Shown piece after piece: positions 49,661 to 56,978 of a stretch of DNA of 64,000 nucleotides. Position 1 is the stretch's first letter; each line of letters starts with the position of its first letter. The notes below the pieces were generated by a model. It was given only the letters and a program-made list of their open reading frames with translations, was not told where the DNA came from and made no database searches. Source of the DNA: an uncultured Clostridiaceae bacterium (lineage in GTDB: Bacteria > Bacillota > Clostridia > Ch29). The translations under genes were made by a program, and so were the position numbers. Where the stretch lies: positions 514 to 64,513 of the forward strand of contig CAZDSH010000001.1 of assembly GCA_964508195.1 (NCBI GenBank), in the 5' to 3' direction.

Positions 49661-49669
49661 GTACTACCT

Positions 49670-50260
49670 TCATTGTTCTACGGACATCGCCTCTATGAGC
49701 CTGGCTGCCCGCCTTGGGTCCATAGTAGCTAATATATCTGAACATTTTTGTTCTTTCATGTTTCGCAGTATATTCAGTATAAGTCGGTTATCAGCGATAT
49801 TTTCCAGTATTTTTACTGCCTCCTGGGCATCCATCTTTTCGTAATACGTCACCAATTCCTGTATATTTTTAACCTTTGTATCTAGTCTTTGTTGTAGCTC
49901 CTCTATTATCTCCCTCTGTCCCTCCAACTCTTTTTCCTTTTCCTTTAGCTGTTGATCCCAAAGCATAAGGCTATTTGCCAGCTCGTCCAGGTTAAGCCGC
50001 TGCTCCTCTAGGGCCCTTTTCATATCCTGTAACTCTTCCTTCTCCTGCTCTAAGGGTGATTTAGGCTCCTCCATCCTATCGAATAAACTACTCGTTACGG
50101 GGATAGAGGCTAGGATATTGTTAACCCTAACGCCCATGCCTACCAGATTAAAGGCTATACAAAGCCCGACGATAAGTACGATGGCCGTCAGCGTTATAAT
50201 GATCCACTTTTTCTTACCACCGCCCTTTGAAGTAGCTCCGCCCTTTTTAATGTTCGTCAT
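49670..50260 (-). CDS. YlxF/FlbB-type flagellar protein (MgtE_N/MotE-like domain)
   Basis: 196 aa with an N-terminal TM, a coiled coil, and a C-terminal MgtE-N-like segment (DAQEAVKILENIADNRLILNILRNMKEQKCSDILATMDPRRAARLIEAM). Its position between fliJ and fliK matches B. subtilis ylxF. Confidence 0.7.
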   Translation of the reverse strand: MTNIKKGGATSKGGGKKKWIIITLTAIVLIVGLCIAFNLVGMGVRVNNILASIPVTSSLFDRMEEPKSPLEQEKEELQDMKRALEEQRLNLDELANSLMLWDQQLKEKEKELEGQREIIEELQQRLDTKVKNIQELVTYYEKMDAQEAVKILENIADNRLILNILRNMKEQKCSDILATMDPRRAARLIEAMSVEQ

Positions 50261-50269
50261 AGTTACCTC

Positions 50270-50713
50270 CTACAGGGTCCCCCTCCTATTATTAACAAGG
50301 TCATCGATTTGTTTTTCTAATTTTTTCGATAGGGAATAGGCAAACCGTTCATAGTGTTTGTTTTTTAATCTATCTAACATTTCCTTGTCCCGGGATGCCT
50401 CTATAAGGACCTCCCGGCACTTATCCACTTCTTTCTCCTGGACCGATACATTATCTATCTGTTTATTGATAAAAACCTTTAGGTTCTCTATGTACCTATA
50501 ACTTTGGGCCAAGTATTCCACATTAACGCCTTCGGCACTTTTTTCGCCCATTATATATGCAGCGGTATCCCTTTCCTTTTGCAACGCGTTAAGGCTTTCT
50601 ATCTCCCGTCTCAACCGGGACTTATGTTCCGTTAGCTCCTCCGCCCTTTGGTCCTTTATATGGCCCCTGTAATCTAATACCCTTTGTAATTTAAAATTAA
50701 AATTATTCCTCAT
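50270..50713 (-). CDS. fliJ: flagellar export chaperone/stalk protein FliJ
   Basis: 147 aa coiled coil with N-terminus FKLQRVLDYR, directly after fliI. Confidence 0.85.
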   Translation of the reverse strand: MRNNFNFKLQRVLDYRGHIKDQRAEELTEHKSRLRREIESLNALQKERDTAAYIMGEKSAEGVNVEYLAQSYRYIENLKVFINKQIDNVSVQEKEVDKCREVLIEASRDKEMLDRLKNKHYERFAYSLSKKLEKQIDDLVNNRRGTL

Positions 50714-50729
50714 AAGCCATAAGCACCCC

Positions 50730-52043
50730 TTAATCCAACAATGTCATTAAACGGTTAATGGTGTCCTTAAAACTTGCCCTTTCATATATGCCCTGTTTCA
50801 AAAAATCCTTTATGTCCCCTATCTTATTCAGTGCATAGTCTATATCCGCATTGGAACCTTCGTTATATGCGCCTATATTTATAAGGTCCTCCGCTTCCCT
50901 ATATGTAGAAACGACATTTTTTATCCTTTGGGCATATTCTAAGTGCTCTTTTTGTATAATATCCGGCATCACCCTGCTGATGCTTTGTAATATATCCACC
51001 GCGGGGAAATGGTTTTTGTTTGCAAGACCCCGGGATAGTACAATGTGCCCGTCTAATATCCCCCTAGCGGAATCCGCTATAGGCTCATTCAGATCATCCC
51101 CGTCCACTAACACAGAGTACAATGCGGTTATAGAGCCCTCCGCTGCTGTTCCGGTCCTTTCGAGTAATTGGGGGAGGGCCGCAAAAACCGAAGGGGTATA
51201 ACCCCGGGTAACGGGGGGCTCGCCTATTGCAAGGCCTACCTCCCTTTGGGCTAATGCGAATCGTGTAAGGGAATCCATCATAAGTAGCACGTCCTTGCCT
51301 AAGGTCCTGAAATATTCGGCTACGGCGGTGACCAATTGTGCACTTTTTAGCCGTACTAAAGCTGGCTGATCCGAAGTAGCTACGATTACGACGGACCTTT
51401 TGAGGCCCTCATCCCCTAGGGCATTTTCTAAAAACTCCCGAACTTCCCTACCCCTTTCGCCGATAAGCCCTATAACATTTATATCCGCGGATGTGTTACG
51501 GGAAATCATGCCTAAAAGTATACTTTTGCCTACACCACTGCCGGAAAATATACCAACCCTTTGCCCTTTACCGCAGGTTAAAAGCCCGTCTATTGATTTA
51601 ATACCCAGCTCCAGCACCTCGTTAATCCTTTTCCTCTCAAGGGGGTTCGGCGGCGGATTCGTCACGGGGAAAAGGGAATTAAATTTAAGGGGTCCCAGCC
51701 CATCTATAGGCGTACCGAGGCCGTTTAATACACGGCCTAGCATACCTTCTCCCACGGGAACTTTTAGCGTATCCCCCGTGGCTATTACGTCACTCCCCGG
51801 CCCTATGCCCTCCATATCCCCTAGGGGCATTAAAAGAACTATATTGTCTCTAAAGCCTACAACCTCCGCCTTTATCGGCCTTTCGTCCCTAGCGGAGAAT
51901 ATATGACACACCTCACCTATATTAACCGGCGGCCCTATGGCTTCTATAGTAAGGCCTACCACTTTGTTTACTTTGCCGCTATACCTTAGCGTATCCGTTT
52001 TATATAATAGTTCGCTATATTTATCCAGGGATATATTACTCAT
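50730..52043 (-). CDS. fliI: flagellum-specific ATPase FliI
   Basis: Walker A motif GSGVGKS and Walker B motif VLLMMDSLTR, F1-beta-like. Confidence 0.96.
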   Translation of the reverse strand: MSNISLDKYSELLYKTDTLRYSGKVNKVVGLTIEAIGPPVNIGEVCHIFSARDERPIKAEVVGFRDNIVLLMPLGDMEGIGPGSDVIATGDTLKVPVGEGMLGRVLNGLGTPIDGLGPLKFNSLFPVTNPPPNPLERKRINEVLELGIKSIDGLLTCGKGQRVGIFSGSGVGKSILLGMISRNTSADINVIGLIGERGREVREFLENALGDEGLKRSVVIVATSDQPALVRLKSAQLVTAVAEYFRTLGKDVLLMMDSLTRFALAQREVGLAIGEPPVTRGYTPSVFAALPQLLERTGTAAEGSITALYSVLVDGDDLNEPIADSARGILDGHIVLSRGLANKNHFPAVDILQSISRVMPDIIQKEHLEYAQRIKNVVSTYREAEDLINIGAYNEGSNADIDYALNKIGDIKDFLKQGIYERASFKDTINRLMTLLD

Positions 52044-52827
52044 GATTTAAAAGCCCCTTAAAGATCTTTTCAATCCTGTCCAGTTGTACCTCTACACCTG
52101 ATGCTATATTACCTGCACCGGTTTCCAGTACACAACTGCCCCGGGGCATTGCTTCCTGGGCGACAATATTTAACCGGGTTATACCGTCCATCTTGCTCAG
52201 AAGCCTTTGCCTGGAGCTCTCTACCAGTTCATAATCCTCCGGCGATACCTTTACTGTTACTTCTCCGGAGTAGGTACATTTTTTTAGTGCCTTCCTAACA
52301 AGGCCCGTTATTGCCTCGGGGTTAGTTTTTATTTCATGATCCAATACCTTTTTAGATATTTCGACCACAAGCCGAACTATTTCATGTTCCGCCTCCTTAA
52401 CCATGCGCTCTTTATTTTGTAGTGCCCTTTTTTTTATATCCAACGCTTCTTTTATATTTTCATCGACGGCGGAAAGACCCTGTTGACGACCTTTTTCGTG
52501 TCCCCGGGCAAATCCCTCTTTTTCGCCGTCGCTGTATCCTTTGTTCCTGCCCTCCTCGTATCCTTCTTGGTAGCCCTTCTGCTTCGCTTCCCTTTCTGCT
52601 TTTTTGCTCCCGAGTATAGCATTGCTCATTATTTCCGCGGCCCTTACCCTAGCGTTCTCTATAATGTCTCCCCTATTTTCCTCGCTTTGGTGCAAGTTTT
52701 GTACCGTCTGCATATCCTCTGCGTCCCCGTTATCGGAGGGTCTATCTTCCGCCTTTTTCCCGGGTTCCGCGTCTATCCTAAGGGGTTCCCCTATAATTAT
52801 GGAGTCTTTTTTATAGAGTCTAGACAA
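52036..52827 (-). CDS. fliH: flagellar assembly protein FliH
   Basis: 263 aa with a charged coiled N-half containing E/K/G-rich repeats (KQKGYQEGYEEGRNKGYSDGEKEGFARGHEKGRQQG). Overlaps both fliG and fliI. Confidence 0.85.
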   Translation of the reverse strand: MSRLYKKDSIIIGEPLRIDAEPGKKAEDRPSDNGDAEDMQTVQNLHQSEENRGDIIENARVRAAEIMSNAILGSKKAEREAKQKGYQEGYEEGRNKGYSDGEKEGFARGHEKGRQQGLSAVDENIKEALDIKKRALQNKERMVKEAEHEIVRLVVEISKKVLDHEIKTNPEAITGLVRKALKKCTYSGEVTVKVSPEDYELVESSRQRLLSKMDGITRLNIVAQEAMPRGSCVLETGAGNIASGVEVQLDRIEKIFKGLLNHE

Positions 52828-53833
52828 TTATTTCGTCCCCTCCCCCTCTGGATATTACTATTTCGCCGGCCTCCTCTAGCCTTCTTATAGTATTTACGAT
52901 CTTCTGCTGTGCCTCCTCAACATCCCTAAGCCTTACCGGTCCCATATACTGTATGTCCTCGACTATCATCTCCGTTAACCGTTTGGACATATTGTCATAT
53001 ATAACGCTGGCAACCTCCTCGTTAGCACCCTTAAGGGCTGTAGCAAGTACATCGTTTTCCACTTCACGTAAGAACCGTTGTATGGATCTATTGTCGAGGG
53101 TAATAATATCTTCGAACACGAACATCCTTTTCTTTATCTCTTCGGCTAGTTCGATATCCTCCACTTCAAGGGTCTCCATGATATTCTTCTCCGTACCCCT
53201 ATCGACAGAGTTTAGTATGTTTACGATACTCTGTAAACCCCCCGCTGACGTATAATCATGGGTAACTAATGAGGATATTTGTTTTTCCAGTACACCCTCC
53301 ACCTGTCTTATTATATCCGGTGAAGTCCGGTCCATAGTAGCTATACGCTTTGCAACATCCGCCTGTTTCTCCGGCGGCAAGCCCGATAGGATCGCTCCGG
53401 CTTGCTGGGCATTGAGGTATGCGAGAACAAGGGACGTCGTCTGGGGGTGTTCGTTCTGTATAAAGTTAAGCACTTGACTCGGGTCCGCTTTTCGGACAAA
53501 ATCGAAGGGCCGTACCTGTAAATAGGAAGTAAGCCTGTTCACTATATCAAGGGCTTTTTGTTCCCCCAGGGCTTTTTCTAGTATATCCTTCGCATACTCT
53601 ATACCGCCTTCGGAGATGTACTCCTGGGCGATGCATATTTCATAAAACTCGTCGATTACTTTGCCCTTTACCTCGGGATCAACCTTCCTCACGTTAGCAA
53701 TCTCCAGCGTAAGCTCTTCGATTTCCTCATCGGTTAGATGTTTAAAAACCTTCGCGGAAGTAACGGGACCAAGGGCGATTAATAGTATCGCCGCTTTTTC
53801 CTTCCCCGTAGGGGTGCCTTTATGTCTTATCAT
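52820..53833 (-). CDS. fliG: flagellar motor switch protein FliG
   Basis: EHPQ motif (IQNEHPQT) and torque-helix region MFVFEDI. Start set at ATG 53833, 5 nt after GGTGAGGG. Confidence 0.95.
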   Translation of the reverse strand: MIRHKGTPTGKEKAAILLIALGPVTSAKVFKHLTDEEIEELTLEIANVRKVDPEVKGKVIDEFYEICIAQEYISEGGIEYAKDILEKALGEQKALDIVNRLTSYLQVRPFDFVRKADPSQVLNFIQNEHPQTTSLVLAYLNAQQAGAILSGLPPEKQADVAKRIATMDRTSPDIIRQVEGVLEKQISSLVTHDYTSAGGLQSIVNILNSVDRGTEKNIMETLEVEDIELAEEIKKRMFVFEDIITLDNRSIQRFLREVENDVLATALKGANEEVASVIYDNMSKRLTEMIVEDIQYMGPVRLRDVEEAQQKIVNTIRRLEEAGEIVISRGGGDEIIV

Positions 53834-53845
53834 AATATCCCTCAC

Positions 53846-55402
53846 CTACTCCTCTTTAAGCCAGGTCTTTAAAAGCTGCGCCGCAAGCTCAGGTTTTTTG
53901 TCTATAAACCTTTCTACTTGTTTACGTGCCCCCCTTAGATCCTCAGAGAGTTCGATATCCTCTATATCGTCGGTTATTTCTGCATCGAACTGGGCAGCTA
54001 ACATCTCTTCCCTGGCAACCTTCCTTCTACGTGATATTATCATATAAATCACTAGACCAGCGATTAGCAGTATGCCTATGCTTGCGAGGAATGTATAGTA
54101 CTTCATCCTCTCCGTCCGCTGTCTTTCTTCAAAGCCCCGGGCTATACTTGCGGCCAGGCTCGTATCAAAGGGCATGGACCGTACCTGAACTAACCGGCTT
54201 TCGATGCCCACCGCCGCTGCAACTATGTCCGATACATTATCCGCATCGGCCTGGGTGAACTCCTCGGCAAGATCCGTGCTGTTTATCAAAACCGCTACCG
54301 TTAAATCCTGAATCTGGCCCTGGGCCTTTATTATTTCTTCCTTTATCTCGTTCAGCTCATAATTTATAGTACTGCTTACCATATCGTATTTAGAATCCCC
54401 ATGGTCCACCTGGGCATAGCTCGTTATTCCTTCGATATTGCTATCGGTCCCCGGTACACCGCCGGAGCCGGCGTTCTGGGCGTGTTCCTCCAACTCCTGG
54501 ATACTCCTTATAAGGCCTTCTTCTTCCCCCGGTATCGGGGGCTCAAACCGGACTATGTTTGTAATATGGCTATCGTAGTCCAGTTTTAGGCTGATCCTTA
54601 CGTCTACGTTATCCTTGCCGTAGGCGGTTTCTAGGAACCTTCTAACACTGTTTTGCATCCTCTCCTGGATACCCTGCTCTATTTCGAGGCGGCCTAGGAG
54701 CTGCCCCCTCTGTGTATCGTACTCTGTGGACAGTTCCCTACCCGTTTGGTCAATGATGGATATATTATCCTTAGTAAGGCCCTTTACGCTTTTAGAGACA
54801 AACTGCAATATACCCTCAATCCGGTTATGGTCGAGCTCCACTCCGGCTTGCAATTTTATGAGTATCCCGGCACTGGATTCGTAATCGTTATCCCCTAATG
54901 CAAAAACGCTGTCCCCCGGGATATAAAGGTTAACCTGGGAGTATTCTACTCCCTCTATAGTTTCTATGGCCTGGGCTATAGCGTGCTCCTGGCCTAGGCG
55001 TATTCTTTCCCTTCTTTCCAGATCCGTAGTACCTAACTTTGTACTATCAAGGGCGTCTATTAAACTAAACCCGCTTCGGGGTAGCCCCTCGGTAGCTAAC
55101 TGCATCCTAAGCTTATTGACCTCTTTCTTAGGAACCAATATACTGGAACTAACATCATCTAACTTCCATTTGATTTTGTATTCGTTTAACTTTTCCGTTA
55201 TAACCCCTGCATCCTCCAGGCTAAGTTGATTATACAGGGGCGCTAATTCCGGCCTTGATGTGAAAAAAACTAATAAAGCTATACTAATGATAAATATTAT
55301 AGCAAAGATACCCAGCCTTATTTTCTGGTTCTTGTCCCTCCCTTGCCAGAATTCGTTCATTTGGTCCCTTATTTTCTGCAGGGTTTTTCCCAAAACCGTC
55401 AC
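53846..55402 (-). CDS. fliF: flagellar MS-ring protein FliF
   Basis: 518 aa with N- and C-terminal TM segments flanking a large periplasmic-type domain. Conserved position. Confidence 0.93.
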   Translation of the reverse strand: MTVLGKTLQKIRDQMNEFWQGRDKNQKIRLGIFAIIFIISIALLVFFTSRPELAPLYNQLSLEDAGVITEKLNEYKIKWKLDDVSSSILVPKKEVNKLRMQLATEGLPRSGFSLIDALDSTKLGTTDLERRERIRLGQEHAIAQAIETIEGVEYSQVNLYIPGDSVFALGDNDYESSAGILIKLQAGVELDHNRIEGILQFVSKSVKGLTKDNISIIDQTGRELSTEYDTQRGQLLGRLEIEQGIQERMQNSVRRFLETAYGKDNVDVRISLKLDYDSHITNIVRFEPPIPGEEEGLIRSIQELEEHAQNAGSGGVPGTDSNIEGITSYAQVDHGDSKYDMVSSTINYELNEIKEEIIKAQGQIQDLTVAVLINSTDLAEEFTQADADNVSDIVAAAVGIESRLVQVRSMPFDTSLAASIARGFEERQRTERMKYYTFLASIGILLIAGLVIYMIISRRRKVAREEMLAAQFDAEITDDIEDIELSEDLRGARKQVERFIDKKPELAAQLLKTWLKEE

Positions 55403-55433
55403 CCCATTTTCCTACAGTCCTTAAGTTAATGTC

Positions 55434-55718
55434 CTATACCTGCATCCTCATAATTTCTTGGTACGCTTCTATTATTTTATTTCTTATCTGTAGCGTAAAT
55501 TGTAATGCAATCTCTGCTTTTTCCGTATCAATGACTACTTGGTGGAGATTTTGTATATCCCCCGTTGCCAATTTTACGGCGGATATATCCGATTGTTTTT
55601 GTAACGTATCCAGTTGGCCTAGGGCCTTCGCCAGTTGTTTGGCAAACCCATGCCCTTCCGTTGTTTTCTCCAAAATGGGGTTTAGGGAACCTACAGGGTT
55701 TATACCTTCGATCCTCAT
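55434..55718 (-). CDS. fliE: flagellar hook-basal body complex protein FliE
   Basis: 94 aa with a C-terminus ...NKIIEAYQEIMRMQV typical of FliE. Confidence 0.9.
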   Translation of the reverse strand: MRIEGINPVGSLNPILEKTTEGHGFAKQLAKALGQLDTLQKQSDISAVKLATGDIQNLHQVVIDTEKAEIALQFTLQIRNKIIEAYQEIMRMQV

Positions 55719-55724
55719 CTATAC

Positions 55725-56171
55725 CTACCTCCCTATCTCCAAAGCCTTTTGGGCTATCCCCTTAGTAACATTGATGGCCGTGACATTAGCCTCGTATGCC
55801 CTGGCAGCGGAGATCAAGTTCACCATCTCTATAACGGCTTCTACGTTAGGCATCAGTACATAACCCTCTCCATCGGCATCGGGATGGCCCGGGTCGTAGG
55901 TCCTTTTGAAGGGCGTTTTGTCATCTATTATCCCCTTTACTTTCACGCCGCCACTTTTTTGCAAAAAACTTTGGCTATTTTGTGAAAGCAACTGTGAAAA
56001 GGGTACGCTATTACAATCCTCCTCGAAGACCACTACCTGCCTTCTATAGGGTAGCCCGTTCTCCGTCCTTGTCGTATCAACATTTGCAATGTTCTTTGCT
56101 ATCACGTCCATACGTAGCCTTTGGGCCGTTAATCCCGTAGCATTTATGTTTATTGCTTTAAATATACCCAT
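55725..56171 (-). CDS. flgC: flagellar basal-body rod protein FlgC
   Basis: N-terminal RLRMDVIAKNIANVDTTR and C-terminal MVNLISAARAYEANV. Confidence 0.95.
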   Translation of the reverse strand: MGIFKAININATGLTAQRLRMDVIAKNIANVDTTRTENGLPYRRQVVVFEEDCNSVPFSQLLSQNSQSFLQKSGGVKVKGIIDDKTPFKRTYDPGHPDADGEGYVLMPNVEAVIEMVNLISAARAYEANVTAINVTKGIAQKALEIGR

Positions 56172-56175
56172 AATA

Positions 56176-56583
56176 TTACCTCCTACCCTCGTTAATCACA
56201 GTTTTTAACCTGGACAGTTTTGCTGATAGCTGATCCGCTAACGCCTGGTATTTAATCGCATTGTTTGCAAGGTTTGCATTTTGTACGTCTATGTCTACAT
56301 TATTTCCATCTAGCCTTGTACTCGTACTCCTATCCCTTTTGATACGAGGGGTTATTGAACCTAAGTCATTGCCGCCTAGGGAAAAATGTTTGGGATTAGT
56401 GGTTTGTATGTTAACATTCCTCGCCTGGATAGCCTTTTTTAATATACCCTCGAAATCTAACTCGTAGGCCTTATAACCAGGGGTATCTACATTTGCAATA
56501 TTCCTTGATATTAAATTGTTCTTTAGCCAGGCAGCATCTAAGGATTTTTGGAGTACTGTTAAGACGTGTTCCTCCTTTAGCAT
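56176..56583 (-). CDS. flgB: flagellar basal-body rod protein FlgB
   Basis: NLISRNIANVDTPGYK, with C-terminal NAIKYQALADQL. Start set at ATG 56583, behind GGAGGTGA. Confidence 0.94.
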   Translation of the reverse strand: MLKEEHVLTVLQKSLDAAWLKNNLISRNIANVDTPGYKAYELDFEGILKKAIQARNVNIQTTNPKHFSLGGNDLGSITPRIKRDRSTSTRLDGNNVDIDVQNANLANNAIKYQALADQLSAKLSRLKTVINEGRR

Positions 56584-56670
56584 AATACTCACCTCCATCG
56601 GCCTAACGGATATACCTTAATTTGTAATATGGTTTTTAAGCAATAATAGTCCTATTAAAAAGATTTTTTT

Positions 56671-56697
56671 AAAAAAAAATCCATTATCGAATAACGG
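56671..56697 (-). terminator. intrinsic terminator of the flgB leader (putative riboswitch expression platform)
   Basis: Minus-strand RNA reads CCGUUAU-UCG-AUAAUGG (7 bp including one G-U), followed by A + U9. It sits ~35 nt 3' of the aptamer and ~75 nt 5' of the flgB SD. Confidence 0.5.
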
Positions 56698-56733
56698 CAA
56701 AGGATAGGAATACTGCTTACTTTTATAGCAGTT

Positions 56734-56825
56734 TATCCGGCAACCCGGCTGCCGTAGTATAGTAAATACCTTAGGCCCGTAGTTTTGCGCCCCCATTTTT
56801 AAATAGGTTAGCCTTTATCGAATTA
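56734..56825 (-). ncRNA. candidate c-di-GMP-I (GEMM-I) riboswitch aptamer
   Basis: Minus-strand RNA reads UUCGAUAAAGGCUAACCUAUUUAAAAAUGGGGGCGCAAAACUACGGGCCUAAGGUAUUUACUAUACUACGGCAGCCGGGUUGCCGGAUA. The blocks AAAGGCnAACC, hairpin, GCGCAAAnC, CGGGCCUAAGG and CAGCCGGGUUGCCG match the GEMM-I signature as I remember it. No covariance-model search was run. Confidence 0.6.
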
Positions 56826-56831
56826 CGATAT

Positions 56832-56860
56832 ATTTTAGCATATACTTCTATAAAGTTTAC
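56832..56860 (-). promoter_or_regulatory. candidate extended -10 sigma-A promoter of the flagellar operon
   Basis: Minus-strand TGcTAAAAT at 56840-56832. The -35 is weak (GTAAAC, 17-nt spacer). The predicted start falls at the 5' edge of the aptamer. Confidence 0.45.
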
Positions 56861-56920
56861 CTGATTCCTCCTTTTTTACGTTAATATTTTTTATTATTTC
56901 ATTATACGCCTTTTCCCACC

Positions 56921-56968
56921 AAAAACCCTTATAGTAAGGCCCTAAAAATCTAGGACCTTACTATAAGG
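56921..56968 (-). terminator. topA intrinsic terminator
   Basis: 13-bp perfect inverted repeat CCUUAUAGUAAGG...CCUUACUAUAAGG, extendable to 16 bp, with a 10-nt loop and then GUUUUUGG. It starts 10 nt after the topA stop. Confidence 0.85.
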
Positions 56969-56978
56969 AAGTAATTTA

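Noticed and set aside
56662-56681. The A/T palindrome GATTTTTTT-AAAAAAAAA-TC, considered as a possible repeat or origin-like element.
   Set aside because: It is better explained as the U9 tract of the leader terminator, followed by an A-run. It is a single copy with no flanking repeats.
56862-56874. A strong SD-like AAAAAGGAGGAA on the minus strand in the topA-flgB gap, which might indicate a hidden small ORF.
   Set aside because: No ATG, GTG or TTG start lies at a suitable distance downstream (the following sequence is UCAGGUAAACUUUAUAG). The SD-like motif ends just upstream of the proposed weak -35 of the promoter (56855-56860).
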